Source of the DNA: an uncultured Clostridia bacterium
Lineage (GTDB): Bacteria; Bacillota; Clostridia; TANB77; CAG-508
DNA length: 64,000 bases
Assembly (NCBI GenBank): GCA_934120045.1
Contig: CAKOTF010000003.1
Coordinates: 1,210-65,209, forward strand
Direction: 5' to 3'
Made by a program: the position numbers and the translations under genes. Every line of letters begins with the position of its first letter. Position 1 is the first letter of the stretch. The notes under the pieces are model-generated. The model worked only from the letters and a program-made list of their open reading frames with translations, was not told where the DNA came from and did no database searches. Positions 41,229 through 51,159 of this stretch are shown piece after piece.

Positions 41229-42793
41229 TGAAAGAAAAAACATTATTTAAAGCAATAGTTGTTGCTATTGCAATTGTCCTAATTGTTATGGGACTAAATT
41301 TACAAGCGTTTGCATCAATAACTACAACAACAAATACAAAAAATATTACTGTTTCAGGAATTGAAGCAGGAGTAAAAGTATCTGCATATCAATTAACAAC
41401 AGTTAATTATGATTATACAGCAGACCAACCACAAGCTGTTCCATATACTTGGAATAGCAGTGTGAAAACATGGGTAGATGCTAATTATTCAACATATTCA
41501 AACCCAGAAAACTTTTATAAAAATGTAACAAGTAATTCTGATGAAGCAAAAGAATTTTATAGTGCATTATCAGGAGCTATAAAAGCTGGAACTGTTACAT
41601 TAACAGCAAAAACAGAAACTGCAACAGGAACAGCATCATATCCTGTTACAGATGATAAATTAACAGGAACAGTTACATTCACAGGATGTGAAATGGGAAC
41701 ATATTTAATTTTAATTGAAAATGGTTACAAAGTATATACACCATCTGTAATTAATTTAACACCAGAATTTGATAGAACATCAAATGAATGGAAATTACCA
41801 GATTCAATGATAGTAACAGTAAAAGCAACTAATCCCCAAGTTACAAAAACTGTTACAGATACAGCAAAAAACAAAGATAATTACAGTACAAAAGATGTAA
41901 TACCATTTACAATCGTTGCAGATATACCAACATATTTAACAGGAAGTTTATCAAAAACATATAAAGTTGGAGATACATTAAGTAATGGTTTAAAATTAGA
42001 TGATTCAACAATTAAAGTATATGGACAAAAAGGTTCAGGAAATCCTGTTGAATTAACAAAAACAACAGATTATACAAGTTCAGTAACAGGAACAACATCA
42101 TTTGAAATTAATTTTAAATATGATCAAATAAAAAATTATGACAAAGTAAGAGTTACATATAGTGCATCTCTTGCAAAAGAAACAACAACAAATATTGGTG
42201 GAGCTGGAAATACAAACACAGCAAAATTAACATATAGCAATAATCCATATGTTGCAAATTCTACACAAGAACAAGAAACAAGCAACAAAGTATTTACATA
42301 TGGTGCAGAAATTACAAAAACAGATAAAACATCTGGTGAAGCATTAACAGGTGCTGAATTTGAATTAACAAAAGATTCAAACAAATTATATTTTGTAAAA
42401 ACAGCTGATGGAGTATATTATCAAGCAAATAGCTCTGATGTAGGAGCAACAACAACTTTAGGAGTTGATAATAAGGGAAAATTAAACATATTTGGTTTAG
42501 CAGAAGGAACATATAGTTTAACAGAAACAAAAGCACCTTCAGGATATAATAAATCAGCAGAAACAAAAGAAATAAAAATAACAGATGCTGACTTAAATGG
42601 AGCATTAGATGATGAAACAGGTTCAACAGGAATTTATAAATTAACATTCCCTAACTCACAAGGATTCCAATTACCAGTAACAGGTGGAGCTGGAACAGTA
42701 GCATTTGTAGCAGGAGGAGTAGTATTTGTTGGATTAGGTATTGCATTATTTGTAATTGCTATGAAAAAAGGAAAAAAAGTAAATGAAAAATAA
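41228..42793 (+). CDS. major pilin subunit, LPXTG-anchored (LPVTGG, TM, KKGKK)
   Basis: A signal peptide and a C-terminal sorting signal LPVTGGAGTVAFVAGGVVFVGLGIALFVIAMKKGKK. A Cna-B-like domain is present (ETKAPSGYN). The start overlaps the adhesin stop (taATGa). Confidence 0.8.
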   Translation: MKEKTLFKAIVVAIAIVLIVMGLNLQAFASITTTTNTKNITVSGIEAGVKVSAYQLTTVNYDYTADQPQAVPYTWNSSVKTWVDANYSTYSNPENFYKNVTSNSDEAKEFYSALSGAIKAGTVTLTAKTETATGTASYPVTDDKLTGTVTFTGCEMGTYLILIENGYKVYTPSVINLTPEFDRTSNEWKLPDSMIVTVKATNPQVTKTVTDTAKNKDNYSTKDVIPFTIVADIPTYLTGSLSKTYKVGDTLSNGLKLDDSTIKVYGQKGSGNPVELTKTTDYTSSVTGTTSFEINFKYDQIKNYDKVRVTYSASLAKETTTNIGGAGNTNTAKLTYSNNPYVANSTQEQETSNKVFTYGAEITKTDKTSGEALTGAEFELTKDSNKLYFVKTADGVYYQANSSDVGATTTLGVDNKGKLNIFGLAEGTYSLTETKAPSGYNKSAETKEIKITDADLNGALDDETGSTGIYKLTFPNSQGFQLPVTGGAGTVAFVAGGVVFVGLGIALFVIAMKKGKKVNEK

Positions 42794-43676
42794 TAGTGAA
42801 AAACTACTATTAATAATATCAATAATTTTTATAATACTAGGGGTAGGAATTTTCCTATACCCTAGTATTAGTAATTATTTGGCAGAAAAAAATCATATTG
42901 ATATAATTAGAAATTATGATAATCTAATTGTAAAAATAAATGAAGAAAAAATAAATGAGGAAAAAGAAAAAGCTAGAATATATAATGAAAACTTGTCTGG
43001 AGATCCAGTACATGACCCATTTGTTATAGGAAGCGGATATGCTTTACCTGAAAATTATAAAGAAGTACTTAATGTTAGTGATGATGGTGTAATGGGATAT
43101 GTTGAAATTCCCAAAATTTCAGTATATTTACCAATATATCATGGAACAAGTGATGAGGTACTTGAAAAAGGTGTAGGACATATTCAAAATACTTCTGTAC
43201 CTATTGGTGGAAATTCTACACATAGTATATTAACAGGACATACAGGTTTGCCAAATGCAGAATTATTTACAAGACTTGATGAACTTGGAATAGATGATAT
43301 TTTCTATATTCATGTTTTAGGTGATGTATTAACATATAAAGTTTTTGAAACAAAAGTTATATTACCAGATAAAATTGATGAATTACGAATATTAAATGGA
43401 AAAGATTATGTAACATTAGTAACATGTACACCATATGGAGTAAATTCACATAGACTATTAGTAAAAGCAGAAAGAGTAGAATATGAGGAATATTTTGCAA
43501 ATAAGGACAATACTAATAATGAAGGAACAAACACTAAAACAGAAAATGTAAGTAAACATTATTATTTAACAGGAGCTCAGATTGGTATTGTAATATTGGC
43601 TTTAATTTTGATGATTACTGTAATTATTATTGTATCAATGAGAAACAAAAAGAATAAATATAAAATAAAAAAATAG
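42783..43676 (+). CDS. class C (pilus-specific) sortase
   Basis: N- and C-terminal TM helices, a DPF lid motif, catalytic LTGHTG His and a TLVTCTPY Cys motif. Confidence 0.85.
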   Translation: MKNNSEKLLLIISIIFIILGVGIFLYPSISNYLAEKNHIDIIRNYDNLIVKINEEKINEEKEKARIYNENLSGDPVHDPFVIGSGYALPENYKEVLNVSDDGVMGYVEIPKISVYLPIYHGTSDEVLEKGVGHIQNTSVPIGGNSTHSILTGHTGLPNAELFTRLDELGIDDIFYIHVLGDVLTYKVFETKVILPDKIDELRILNGKDYVTLVTCTPYGVNSHRLLVKAERVEYEEYFANKDNTNNEGTNTKTENVSKHYYLTGAQIGIVILALILMITVIIIVSMRNKKNKYKIKK

Positions 43677-43701
43677 CATATACAAAATTTTAAGATAGGG
43701 T

Positions 43702-44397
43702 GTGATAAATTTGAAAGAAAAAATATTAATTATAATTTCAATTATATTGATTTTAGTTGGTATATCAATGTTTTGCTTTCCACATGTAAGTAATTTTGTA
43801 TATGAAAAGGGTGTTGAAAGAGACAAAGAGGAATTTGTAGAGAAAATATCAAAAGATGAAAATGAAGAAGTTCTAGATAGGTTATATAAAGATTTACAAG
43901 AAAAAAATAAAATACTTTATAAAGATATGCAAAATAATTTAGTTGATCCATTTTCATATGAGCAACCAGCAATAGATTTGAATGAATATGGAATTGATAA
44001 TAATGTTATAGGATATATAAATATTCCTAAAATGAATATTGAACTTCCGATATTATTAGGTGCAAATTCTTCTAATATGTTAAAAGGTGCAGTTCATCTT
44101 ACAGAAACATCTTATCCAATTGGTGGAATTAATACAAATAGTGTTATTGCAGGACATAGAGGATATGGAAGAGCAACATTATTTAGACATATTGAAAAGC
44201 TTGAAATTGGAGATGAAATTTATATTAAAAATTTTAAAGAAGAGCTTACATATGTTGTTTATGATATTAAAATTATTGAACCAGATGATGTTAGTGAACT
44301 TAAGGTTCAAGATGGGGAAGATATTATTACATTAATAACATGTCATCCATATCGTGTAAATTCTCATAGATATATTGTAAAAGCAAAGAGAAAATAA
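43702..44397 (+). CDS. class C sortase, second copy
   Basis: DPF lid, IAGHRG and ITLITCHPY. The GTG/TTG start is ambiguous (43702 or 43711). Confidence 0.85.
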   Translation: MINLKEKILIIISIILILVGISMFCFPHVSNFVYEKGVERDKEEFVEKISKDENEEVLDRLYKDLQEKNKILYKDMQNNLVDPFSYEQPAIDLNEYGIDNNVIGYINIPKMNIELPILLGANSSNMLKGAVHLTETSYPIGGINTNSVIAGHRGYGRATLFRHIEKLEIGDEIYIKNFKEELTYVVYDIKIIEPDDVSELKVQDGEDIITLITCHPYRVNSHRYIVKAKRK

Positions 44398-44492
44398 AAT
44401 AGCATTACGGAAATATTCCATAAGTGGAAAATTTCGTAATGCTTTAATTTATAATGTTTTAAATTTTATATAATTTAGTAGGTTTGAGTAAA

Positions 44493-45647
44493 TTATATAT
44501 TATAATTATAATTTATAGTAACACTAGGTGATGGATATGCAATATCATCTATCATTATTTTAGACCAGTCTTCTTGAGAACCTTTATAATTCAATATTGA
44601 AAGTTCATTAAAAAATCCAGTTCCAATTTTTTCAATACTTTTTGGCATTAAGACTATTAAGTTCCAATTATTAGATTCAAAAGCATTATTTGCAATAACT
44701 TTTGTTCCATCTTTTATTTCAATTCTTTTTCTTTGGCTTAAACTACCTTTATAAGTGTAGTATATATTTCCTATATAAACATCTTTATTATTTGTTTGAT
44801 TTTTATACCATTTTGTTCCGGTAAATGAATTTCCATAAATTGATGTTACACTTTCTGGAACATCAATATTTTCCAAATTAGAACAATTTTTAAAAGTATT
44901 TGATCCTATTTCTGAAACAGTATTTGGAATTATGATTTCAGTTAATCCTTTGCAATATATAAAAGCATTGTCTGAAATTTTCTCAATACCAGAATTTAAA
45001 GTTATTTTACTTAAATTTGTAAAACATCCAAATGAAGTAGTAGGAATATTTTTTACTGTTGATGGAATATTAACACCTTTTAATTTTGGAGTTCCTGCCA
45101 TAGAACTTGTTTTTGTTTCGCCATATTTACTTAATTCATTTATTTGGCTTGATATTACTAAGTCTCCATCAAGATTATAACTTATCTTTGTAAGTTTTTT
45201 TTCATCTACAGTTATATCACCATTATCTATAAGTTCTTTCCAAGATTTTATTAATTGAGTTGTTCCTGCTTGATACAATCCAGGTTTTAATTCATCATCA
45301 TCTTCTAAATTAAAATTTATGTTATGACTTCCAATTGTTATAGTGCCATCATTTTGAACTTGTTCTATTTCATTATCATATAAAAGTCCTTTTTCTTTTA
45401 AAGTTTCTAATAGTTCTTCAAGTGTTTTAGCAGTTGAAAATCCCATTTCATTGTCTGTTCTAACATTACTTTTCCAGAGGTTACAATATTCTTCAACAGA
45501 GCCACCTCTGCTTTCTTCTTTTGATTTTTTTGCTTGCCTTATAATACTATTTTCTCCTGTAAAGAGATTAATGCTTACTCCTGCAAGTATTAACATTACT
45601 ATTATTGTTACGGCTAATGCTATTAAAGTTACACCTTTATTTTTCAT
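44493..45647 (-). CDS. protein with a type IV prepilin-like N-terminus (KG/VTLIALAV...) and a BspA-type leucine-rich-repeat C-terminal domain
   Basis: MKNKGVTLIALAVTIIVMLILAGVS resembles a class III signal peptide but has Ala, not Glu, at mature position 5. LRR_5-like repeats are present (KITLNSGIEKISDNAFIYCKGLTEIIIPNTVSEIGSNTFKNCSNLENIDVPESV). Confidence 0.6.
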   Translation of the reverse strand: MKNKGVTLIALAVTIIVMLILAGVSINLFTGENSIIRQAKKSKEESRGGSVEEYCNLWKSNVRTDNEMGFSTAKTLEELLETLKEKGLLYDNEIEQVQNDGTITIGSHNINFNLEDDDELKPGLYQAGTTQLIKSWKELIDNGDITVDEKKLTKISYNLDGDLVISSQINELSKYGETKTSSMAGTPKLKGVNIPSTVKNIPTTSFGCFTNLSKITLNSGIEKISDNAFIYCKGLTEIIIPNTVSEIGSNTFKNCSNLENIDVPESVTSIYGNSFTGTKWYKNQTNNKDVYIGNIYYTYKGSLSQRKRIEIKDGTKVIANNAFESNNWNLIVLMPKSIEKIGTGFFNELSILNYKGSQEDWSKIMIDDIAYPSPSVTINYNYNI

Positions 45648-45699
45648 ATAATCACCTATCTTTTTTTCTTTTGATTACATATATATTTTAATAGATTTT

Positions 45700-46635
45700 T
45701 TAATATATATCAATACAAGTTTGTAATTTTTTCATATCTTCTGGTAATTCACAGTAAATATCTATAACTTTATTTGAAATAGGGTGAATGAGAGAAATAT
45801 GATAGCTATGCAATGCTTGCTTATTGATTAGATCAGATTTTGAGCCATATAAAGAATCACCAATAAGAGGATGACCAATTGAACTAAAATGAACTCTTAT
45901 TTGATGAGTACGACCTGTTTGTAATACACATTTTACAACAGACATATTATCTAATTCTTTAATAACAGAATAATCTGTAATTGCAGTTTGGCCATTTTCA
46001 GAAATACATCTTTCAATAATACTTCCATCTTTGCGAGAAATAGGAAGGTTAATAGTACCAGTTTTTTCTTTTAAAATTCCAGAAACAATTGCTATATATT
46101 CTTTCTTTAAAATATGTGAATTCATTTGTTGAATTAAACACTCTTGAATATATTCATTTTTTGCAAAAATTATAATTCCAGAAGTATCTAAATCAAGCCT
46201 ATTAACAGGTCTAATTTTTTTCTTCAAACCAATTGAATCAAAATAAAATCTAACTCCATTTGATAAACTATCTTTAAAATGTAAAATAGATGGGTGTACA
46301 GCAATTCCAGCAGGCTTATTTAATATTAATAATCCATCATCTTCATATAATATATTTAGTTTCATTTGTGTTGAAACAATATTATCATTTTCTTCTTCAT
46401 AATTTAAGTCAACTTTTATTGTGTCTCCATAGTTTGGTCGATTTCGTGTGTCTGTTTGCATGCCGTTTAATAAGACAAGATTGTTGCTTATTACTTTGTG
46501 CATTAATCTTGCAGAAAGTTTGAATTCTTGTTTTAAAATTTGATTTATATTTGTATATTTATTATCTATAACTTTATATTCTAAGTACATATTAGCCTCC
46601 GCAATTATTTTACAAAATCTTTTATAAATAGTCAA
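45700..46635 (-). CDS. RluA-family 23S rRNA pseudouridine synthase (RluD-like) with an N-terminal S4 domain
   Basis: HRLDLDTSGIIIFAKNE catalytic motif, 311 aa. Confidence 0.85.
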   Translation of the reverse strand: MTIYKRFCKIIAEANMYLEYKVIDNKYTNINQILKQEFKLSARLMHKVISNNLVLLNGMQTDTRNRPNYGDTIKVDLNYEEENDNIVSTQMKLNILYEDDGLLILNKPAGIAVHPSILHFKDSLSNGVRFYFDSIGLKKKIRPVNRLDLDTSGIIIFAKNEYIQECLIQQMNSHILKKEYIAIVSGILKEKTGTINLPISRKDGSIIERCISENGQTAITDYSVIKELDNMSVVKCVLQTGRTHQIRVHFSSIGHPLIGDSLYGSKSDLINKQALHSYHISLIHPISNKVIDIYCELPEDMKKLQTCIDIY

Positions 46636-46720
46636 ATTTTGTGAAAGAAAATAAAAAGTGTTTACAAAAAAATATATTATTGTTATAATTTATTTGTACT
46701 AATGAAAGTGGAAAATAAAA

Positions 46721-47956
46721 ATGAAAAAGATAAGTATAATGTTAGTGATGATGGTATTAATTAGTAATATGGTAATTGATGTTTTTGCGATAACTGAGGC
46801 AACAGACAAAATTAGCAATAGTAAAATTACAAAAGAACAATTAAAAGAACAATTTCAACAGCTTAAAGAGTATATGAATTCAGATGATGATGAGAGTTCA
46901 AAAATAGAAAATATTGCTGTTAATGATAAGTCAATAGAAGTAACTACAGATAAAAATAAGTATGAAATGAATTATGAAATACAAGATAATAAAGTTGTAT
47001 TTTCAAGTGAAACAGAGATAAAACAAGGAATGAGTTATGAAGAATATCAAAGAAATACAAAGGATATAGACAATGTATTTTGGGGATATTTGGCTGTTGC
47101 AAATATATTAGGAATAAAATATGAAGATTCAGTTATGTATTGTGCTTTTGCTAAATTAAGTGGTACAAGTGGAACATTGGATACAAGTGATTCGTATACT
47201 ATTTATACTCCAGCACCAGGAGTAACATTAGAAAACCCTGATGATAAAATAATTATTTCAACAGAATTTGGAAATAGAACAATGGAATATTTTAATTCTG
47301 TTTATAAAGAAGATAAACATACATATAATGATTCAGAACAATATAATACATTTGAATGTGTAGTAGAAAAGAAAGAAAAAAAAGATACATCTTGTAAATT
47401 GTCAGAAACATTAACTATAAATACAGAAGCAGATTTTTCGAAGATAAGTGGGATTTCTAATTCATTTTTAGATAATGGAGTTACAAAAGAAAATGCAGAT
47501 TATGTATATAATATGAAAATAGGGCAAAAGTTAAAGTTTGAAACTAATGAAAAATTTTCAGAATATCAAAGTGTTGGGGAAGGAGTTGAAAATTCTGAAA
47601 ATGAAAAGGAACTTGTTGCAACAAAAAAAGGAACAACTAAAGGATATATAACATTTGGTAGTACAAAAAAATCTTTCTATATTACAGTTGAAGAGAATAT
47701 AAATAATGAACAATTAGAAGATATTATAGTAAAAATAGACTCTGATGAATCAAAAACGGAAAATTCAAATGATAAAATAGAAAACAATACTAATGATGTA
47801 AAAAGTAATGAAAAACAAACAGCTAACATATCAGTTATGCCAAAAACAGGAAGAGAACAAAATATAGTTTTGATTATTTTATATATTTTAATAGCTATTG
47901 CAATTATTGGTATAGTTAGTTTAATTTTTTCTGGAAAAAGAATAAATAAAAAGTAA
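46721..47956 (+). CDS. secreted surface protein with the C-terminal sorting signal MPKTG, a TM helix and KRINKK
   Basis: A signal peptide and SVMPKTGREQNIVLIILYILIAIAIIGIVSLIFSGKRINKK. Confidence 0.65.
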   Translation: MKKISIMLVMMVLISNMVIDVFAITEATDKISNSKITKEQLKEQFQQLKEYMNSDDDESSKIENIAVNDKSIEVTTDKNKYEMNYEIQDNKVVFSSETEIKQGMSYEEYQRNTKDIDNVFWGYLAVANILGIKYEDSVMYCAFAKLSGTSGTLDTSDSYTIYTPAPGVTLENPDDKIIISTEFGNRTMEYFNSVYKEDKHTYNDSEQYNTFECVVEKKEKKDTSCKLSETLTINTEADFSKISGISNSFLDNGVTKENADYVYNMKIGQKLKFETNEKFSEYQSVGEGVENSENEKELVATKKGTTKGYITFGSTKKSFYITVEENINNEQLEDIIVKIDSDESKTENSNDKIENNTNDVKSNEKQTANISVMPKTGREQNIVLIILYILIAIAIIGIVSLIFSGKRINKK

Positions 47957-48003
47957 GCAGTTGGAAAAATTTTCTAACTGCTTTATAAAAAGGAGTATAT
48001 TTA

Positions 48004-48630
48004 ATGGATAAAGGAGAAAGAATTTGTATTTTTTTTCTACTATTATTGATATTAATTTTTTCTATTATTTTAGTATATAGAATAAAGTCAGGACCACAAT
48101 ATAATGAAAAATTATATAATGAAGTATATGAAGAATATGGACAATTATTTGAAAATAATAAAGAAGAACCAGAAGGAGATAATATCTCTAATTCAAGAAA
48201 AAAAGATAATGCAATTTATATAAGAGTAGATGCACAAGGAAATGAATATAGAGTTATTGGAAAAATAGTTATTCCTAAAATTAGTATACAATATCCCATT
48301 ATTTATGAAACATCTGAAAGTTATTTAAAAATAGCCCCAACCAAGTTATTTGGACCAGATATTAATGAAGTTGGAAACTTATGTATAGTAGGACATAATT
48401 ATAGAAATAAACAGTTTTTTAGTAGGTTATCAGAATTGAATATTGGAGATAAGGTGTATTTAACTTCAAATAATGGAAATGATATGACTTATTTGGTTTA
48501 TGATAAGTACGAAATTGAAGAAAATGACATGGAATGTACTAGCCAAGATACAAAAGGAAATATAGAATTGACATTAATAACATGTACTTCCAAAAAGAAG
48601 AAGAGGTTAGTTGTAAAATGTAAAGCATGA
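48004..48630 (+). CDS. sortase (small, class B/other) adjacent to the MPKTG substrate
   Basis: An N-terminal TM helix, LCIVGHNYRN (His) and ELTLITCTS (Cys). Confidence 0.75.
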   Translation: MDKGERICIFFLLLLILIFSIILVYRIKSGPQYNEKLYNEVYEEYGQLFENNKEEPEGDNISNSRKKDNAIYIRVDAQGNEYRVIGKIVIPKISIQYPIIYETSESYLKIAPTKLFGPDINEVGNLCIVGHNYRNKQFFSRLSELNIGDKVYLTSNNGNDMTYLVYDKYEIEENDMECTSQDTKGNIELTLITCTSKKKKRLVVKCKA

Positions 48631-48810
48631 AATTTTATTAAAAATAATATAAAGCTAATTAAGAATGTTTAGTTGTTGATAAAAAGGTGACAAAAGGTGA
48701 CAAAGTCACTTTTTTTGTTTTATTCCAAATACAAATTGACTATCTGTACAAAACTTGATATAATAACATACGTAGAAAATAAGGCAGAAGAAGGGAAATG
48801 AAACAAAATA

Positions 48811-49383
48811 ATGAACATAGTAGAAAAAATATTCAAACATATAAAACTAGTATCAAAACACAAATGGGTAGTATTTAAATTAGCATGTAAAGTAGGAATA
48901 CCATGGAGAGGATTTATGCATGATTGGTCAAAATTCTCACCAGAAGAATTTTTTGAAAGCGTAAAATACTATAATGGTAAAAAAAGCCCCATAATAGTAT
49001 GCAAGCAAAAAAATGGATATTCAAAAGCATGGCTACATCACAAAGGAAGAAATAAACATCATCCAGAATATTGGGTAGACTGGGCATTGCCACAAAAAGC
49101 AATAATAATGCCATATAAATATGCAGTAGAAATGGTATGTGACAAAATGGCAGCAGGAATAGTATATAATGGTAAAGATTGGAAACAAGACACACAAATA
49201 AAATATTATATGAAAGAAAGAGAAACATCAATAGTACATCCACAAATAGACAAATTTTTATTAGAAATATTTACACAAGTAAGTGAACAAGGAATAGATA
49301 AAACACTTACAAAAAAGAATGTTAGAGAAGTATATGACAAATATTGTGTAAGAATGGAGAAGTTAGATGAGAATAAGGTTTAA
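48811..49383 (+). CDS. hypothetical His/Trp-rich protein
   Basis: A 190-aa ORF with no confidently recognised family. The promoter is ttgact-17-tataat. Confidence 0.5.
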   Translation: MNIVEKIFKHIKLVSKHKWVVFKLACKVGIPWRGFMHDWSKFSPEEFFESVKYYNGKKSPIIVCKQKNGYSKAWLHHKGRNKHHPEYWVDWALPQKAIIMPYKYAVEMVCDKMAAGIVYNGKDWKQDTQIKYYMKERETSIVHPQIDKFLLEIFTQVSEQGIDKTLTKKNVREVYDKYCVRMEKLDENKV

Positions 49384-50032
49384 ACCATGGGCAAGACCAG
49401 AACTAGAAGCAAGTGAATTTTATAGAGACAATCCAGAAGAATTAAAAGGAAAATGGATACAAGAGTTTAGCAATAAAGAAAATCCAATACATTTAGAATT
49501 AGGTTGTGGAAAGGGACAATTTATATCACAAATAGCATTTCAAAATCCAGAAATAAATTATATTGCAATAGATTTAGTTGATGCAATGTTAGGACTAGCA
49601 AAAAGAACAGTTGAACAAACATATAATGAAGCAAATAAAGAAATAGATAATGTATTATTAACAAGGTTTGACATAGAAAGAATAGGATTAATACTAGCTA
49701 AAGAAGACAATGTTAAAAGAATATATATAAATTTCTGTAATCCTTGGCCAAAGGGAAAACACAGAAAAAAGAGATTAACACATACAAGACAATTAGAAAA
49801 ATATAAAGAATTTTTAGCAAATGATGCAGAAATTTACTTCAAAACAGATGATGATGATTTATTTAGAGCAAGTTTAGGATATTTTGAAGAAGCTGGTTTT
49901 GAGATAATAAATAAAACATATGATTTACATAGTGAATCAATATGGGAAAACAACATAGAAACAGAACATGAAAAAATGTTTTCAAAACAAGGAATAAAAA
50001 TAAAAGCATTAATAGCAAAAATAAAAAATTAG
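49367..50032 (+). CDS. trmB: tRNA (guanine46-N7)-methyltransferase
   Basis: [13 protein letters not shown] motif and [15 protein letters not shown] (the FPDPWxKxRHxKRR equivalent). Confidence 0.88.
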   Translation: MRIRFKPWARPELEASEFYRDNPEELKGKWIQEFSNKENPIHLELGCGKGQFISQIAFQNPEINYIAIDLVDAMLGLAKRTVEQTYNEANKEIDNVLLTRFDIERIGLILAKEDNVKRIYINFCNPWPKGKHRKKRLTHTRQLEKYKEFLANDAEIYFKTDDDDLFRASLGYFEEAGFEIINKTYDLHSESIWENNIETEHEKMFSKQGIKIKALIAKIKN

Positions 50033-50056
50033 ATGAACAAAGGAGTCTTGATAAAA

Positions 50057-50533
50057 ATGAAGAAAAAAAGAGTATTATTTATATCAAGTACAGGTGGACA
50101 TTTTAATGAATTACAACAATTACAACCATTATTTGAAAAATATGATTACCATATAATAACAGAAAAAGACAAATCAACAGAAAAATTAACAGAAAAATAT
50201 GGTGATAAAATAATGTATTTACCATATGGAACAAGACAAAAATTATTTAGATATATTTTTATTTATACATTTTTATGTTTTAAAACAATATATTTATATT
50301 TTAAATTAAGACCACAATATATAGTAACAACAGGAACACATACAGCAGGACCAATGTGTTATTTAGGAAAAATATTTGGAAGTAAAATAATATATATAGA
50401 AACATTTGCAAATAGAAATAGAAAAACTGCAACAGGAAGGTTAGTTTACCCAATAGCAGACTTATTTATTGTACAATGGGAAGAATTGTTAAAAATATAT
50501 CCAAAAGCTGTATATGGAGGTGCAATATATTGA
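50057..50533 (+). CDS. Alg14-like glycosyltransferase membrane subunit (PssD/Cps14F-type)
   Basis: KRVLFISSTGGHFNEL N-terminal motif. An aaaggag RBS sits before the ATG at 50057. Confidence 0.7.
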   Translation: MKKKRVLFISSTGGHFNELQQLQPLFEKYDYHIITEKDKSTEKLTEKYGDKIMYLPYGTRQKLFRYIFIYTFLCFKTIYLYFKLRPQYIVTTGTHTAGPMCYLGKIFGSKIIYIETFANRNRKTATGRLVYPIADLFIVQWEELLKIYPKAVYGGAIY

Positions 50534-51003
50534 TATTAGTAACATTAGGAACACAAAATAATAGTTTCCATAGACTATTAGAAGAAGTTCAAAAAAATAT
50601 AGATAATGGAAAAATAAAAGAAGAAGTTGTTGTACAAAGTGGATATACAAAATTTACTTCGCCTAATATGAAAATACTAGATGAAGTACCACAAGACGAG
50701 TTTGCAAAATTAGTAGATAAAGCAGATTTAATTATTACACATGGAGGGGTAGGATCAATAATAACAGCTATAACAAAAGGAAAAAAAGTAATAGCAGTTC
50801 CAAGATTAGGAAAATATAATGAACATGTTAATGACCATCAAGTAGAAATAATAGAATCATTTAATGAAAAAGGATATATAATAGGACTACATGATGTAAG
50901 TGAATTAGGTGAGGCATTAGACAAAGTAAAAAAATTTATTCCTCAAAAATATGTAAAAAATACAGGAAAAATATTAAAAATTGTCGAAGATTTTATTGGA
51001 TAA
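50530..51003 (+). CDS. Alg13-like glycosyltransferase catalytic subunit (PssE/Cps14G-type), TTG start overlapping the upstream stop by 4 nt
   Basis: MILVTLGTQ...ITHGGVGSIITAI. A GGAGG RBS lies 9 nt upstream of the TTG. Confidence 0.7.
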   Translation: MILVTLGTQNNSFHRLLEEVQKNIDNGKIKEEVVVQSGYTKFTSPNMKILDEVPQDEFAKLVDKADLIITHGGVGSIITAITKGKKVIAVPRLGKYNEHVNDHQVEIIESFNEKGYIIGLHDVSELGEALDKVKKFIPQKYVKNTGKILKIVEDFIG

Positions 51004-51159
51004 AAGAGACTATTTTAAAAAATTTACAAAGAATTTACAAATAAGAGATAAATAGAGAAAAAGGGGCAAAATTCCACAAAATTTTGCTCTTTAACTATTG
51101 CAAAAAAAGAGTATTATTGTTATGATAAGAGAGAGTAAAATTTCGAAAGGGAAAGAAAA

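Noticed and set aside
44932-45651. Two small plus-strand ORFs (82 and 66 aa) inside the LRR protein gene
   Set aside because: They are embedded antisense to a 384-aa ORF with a clear signal and LRR organisation. They have no RBS.
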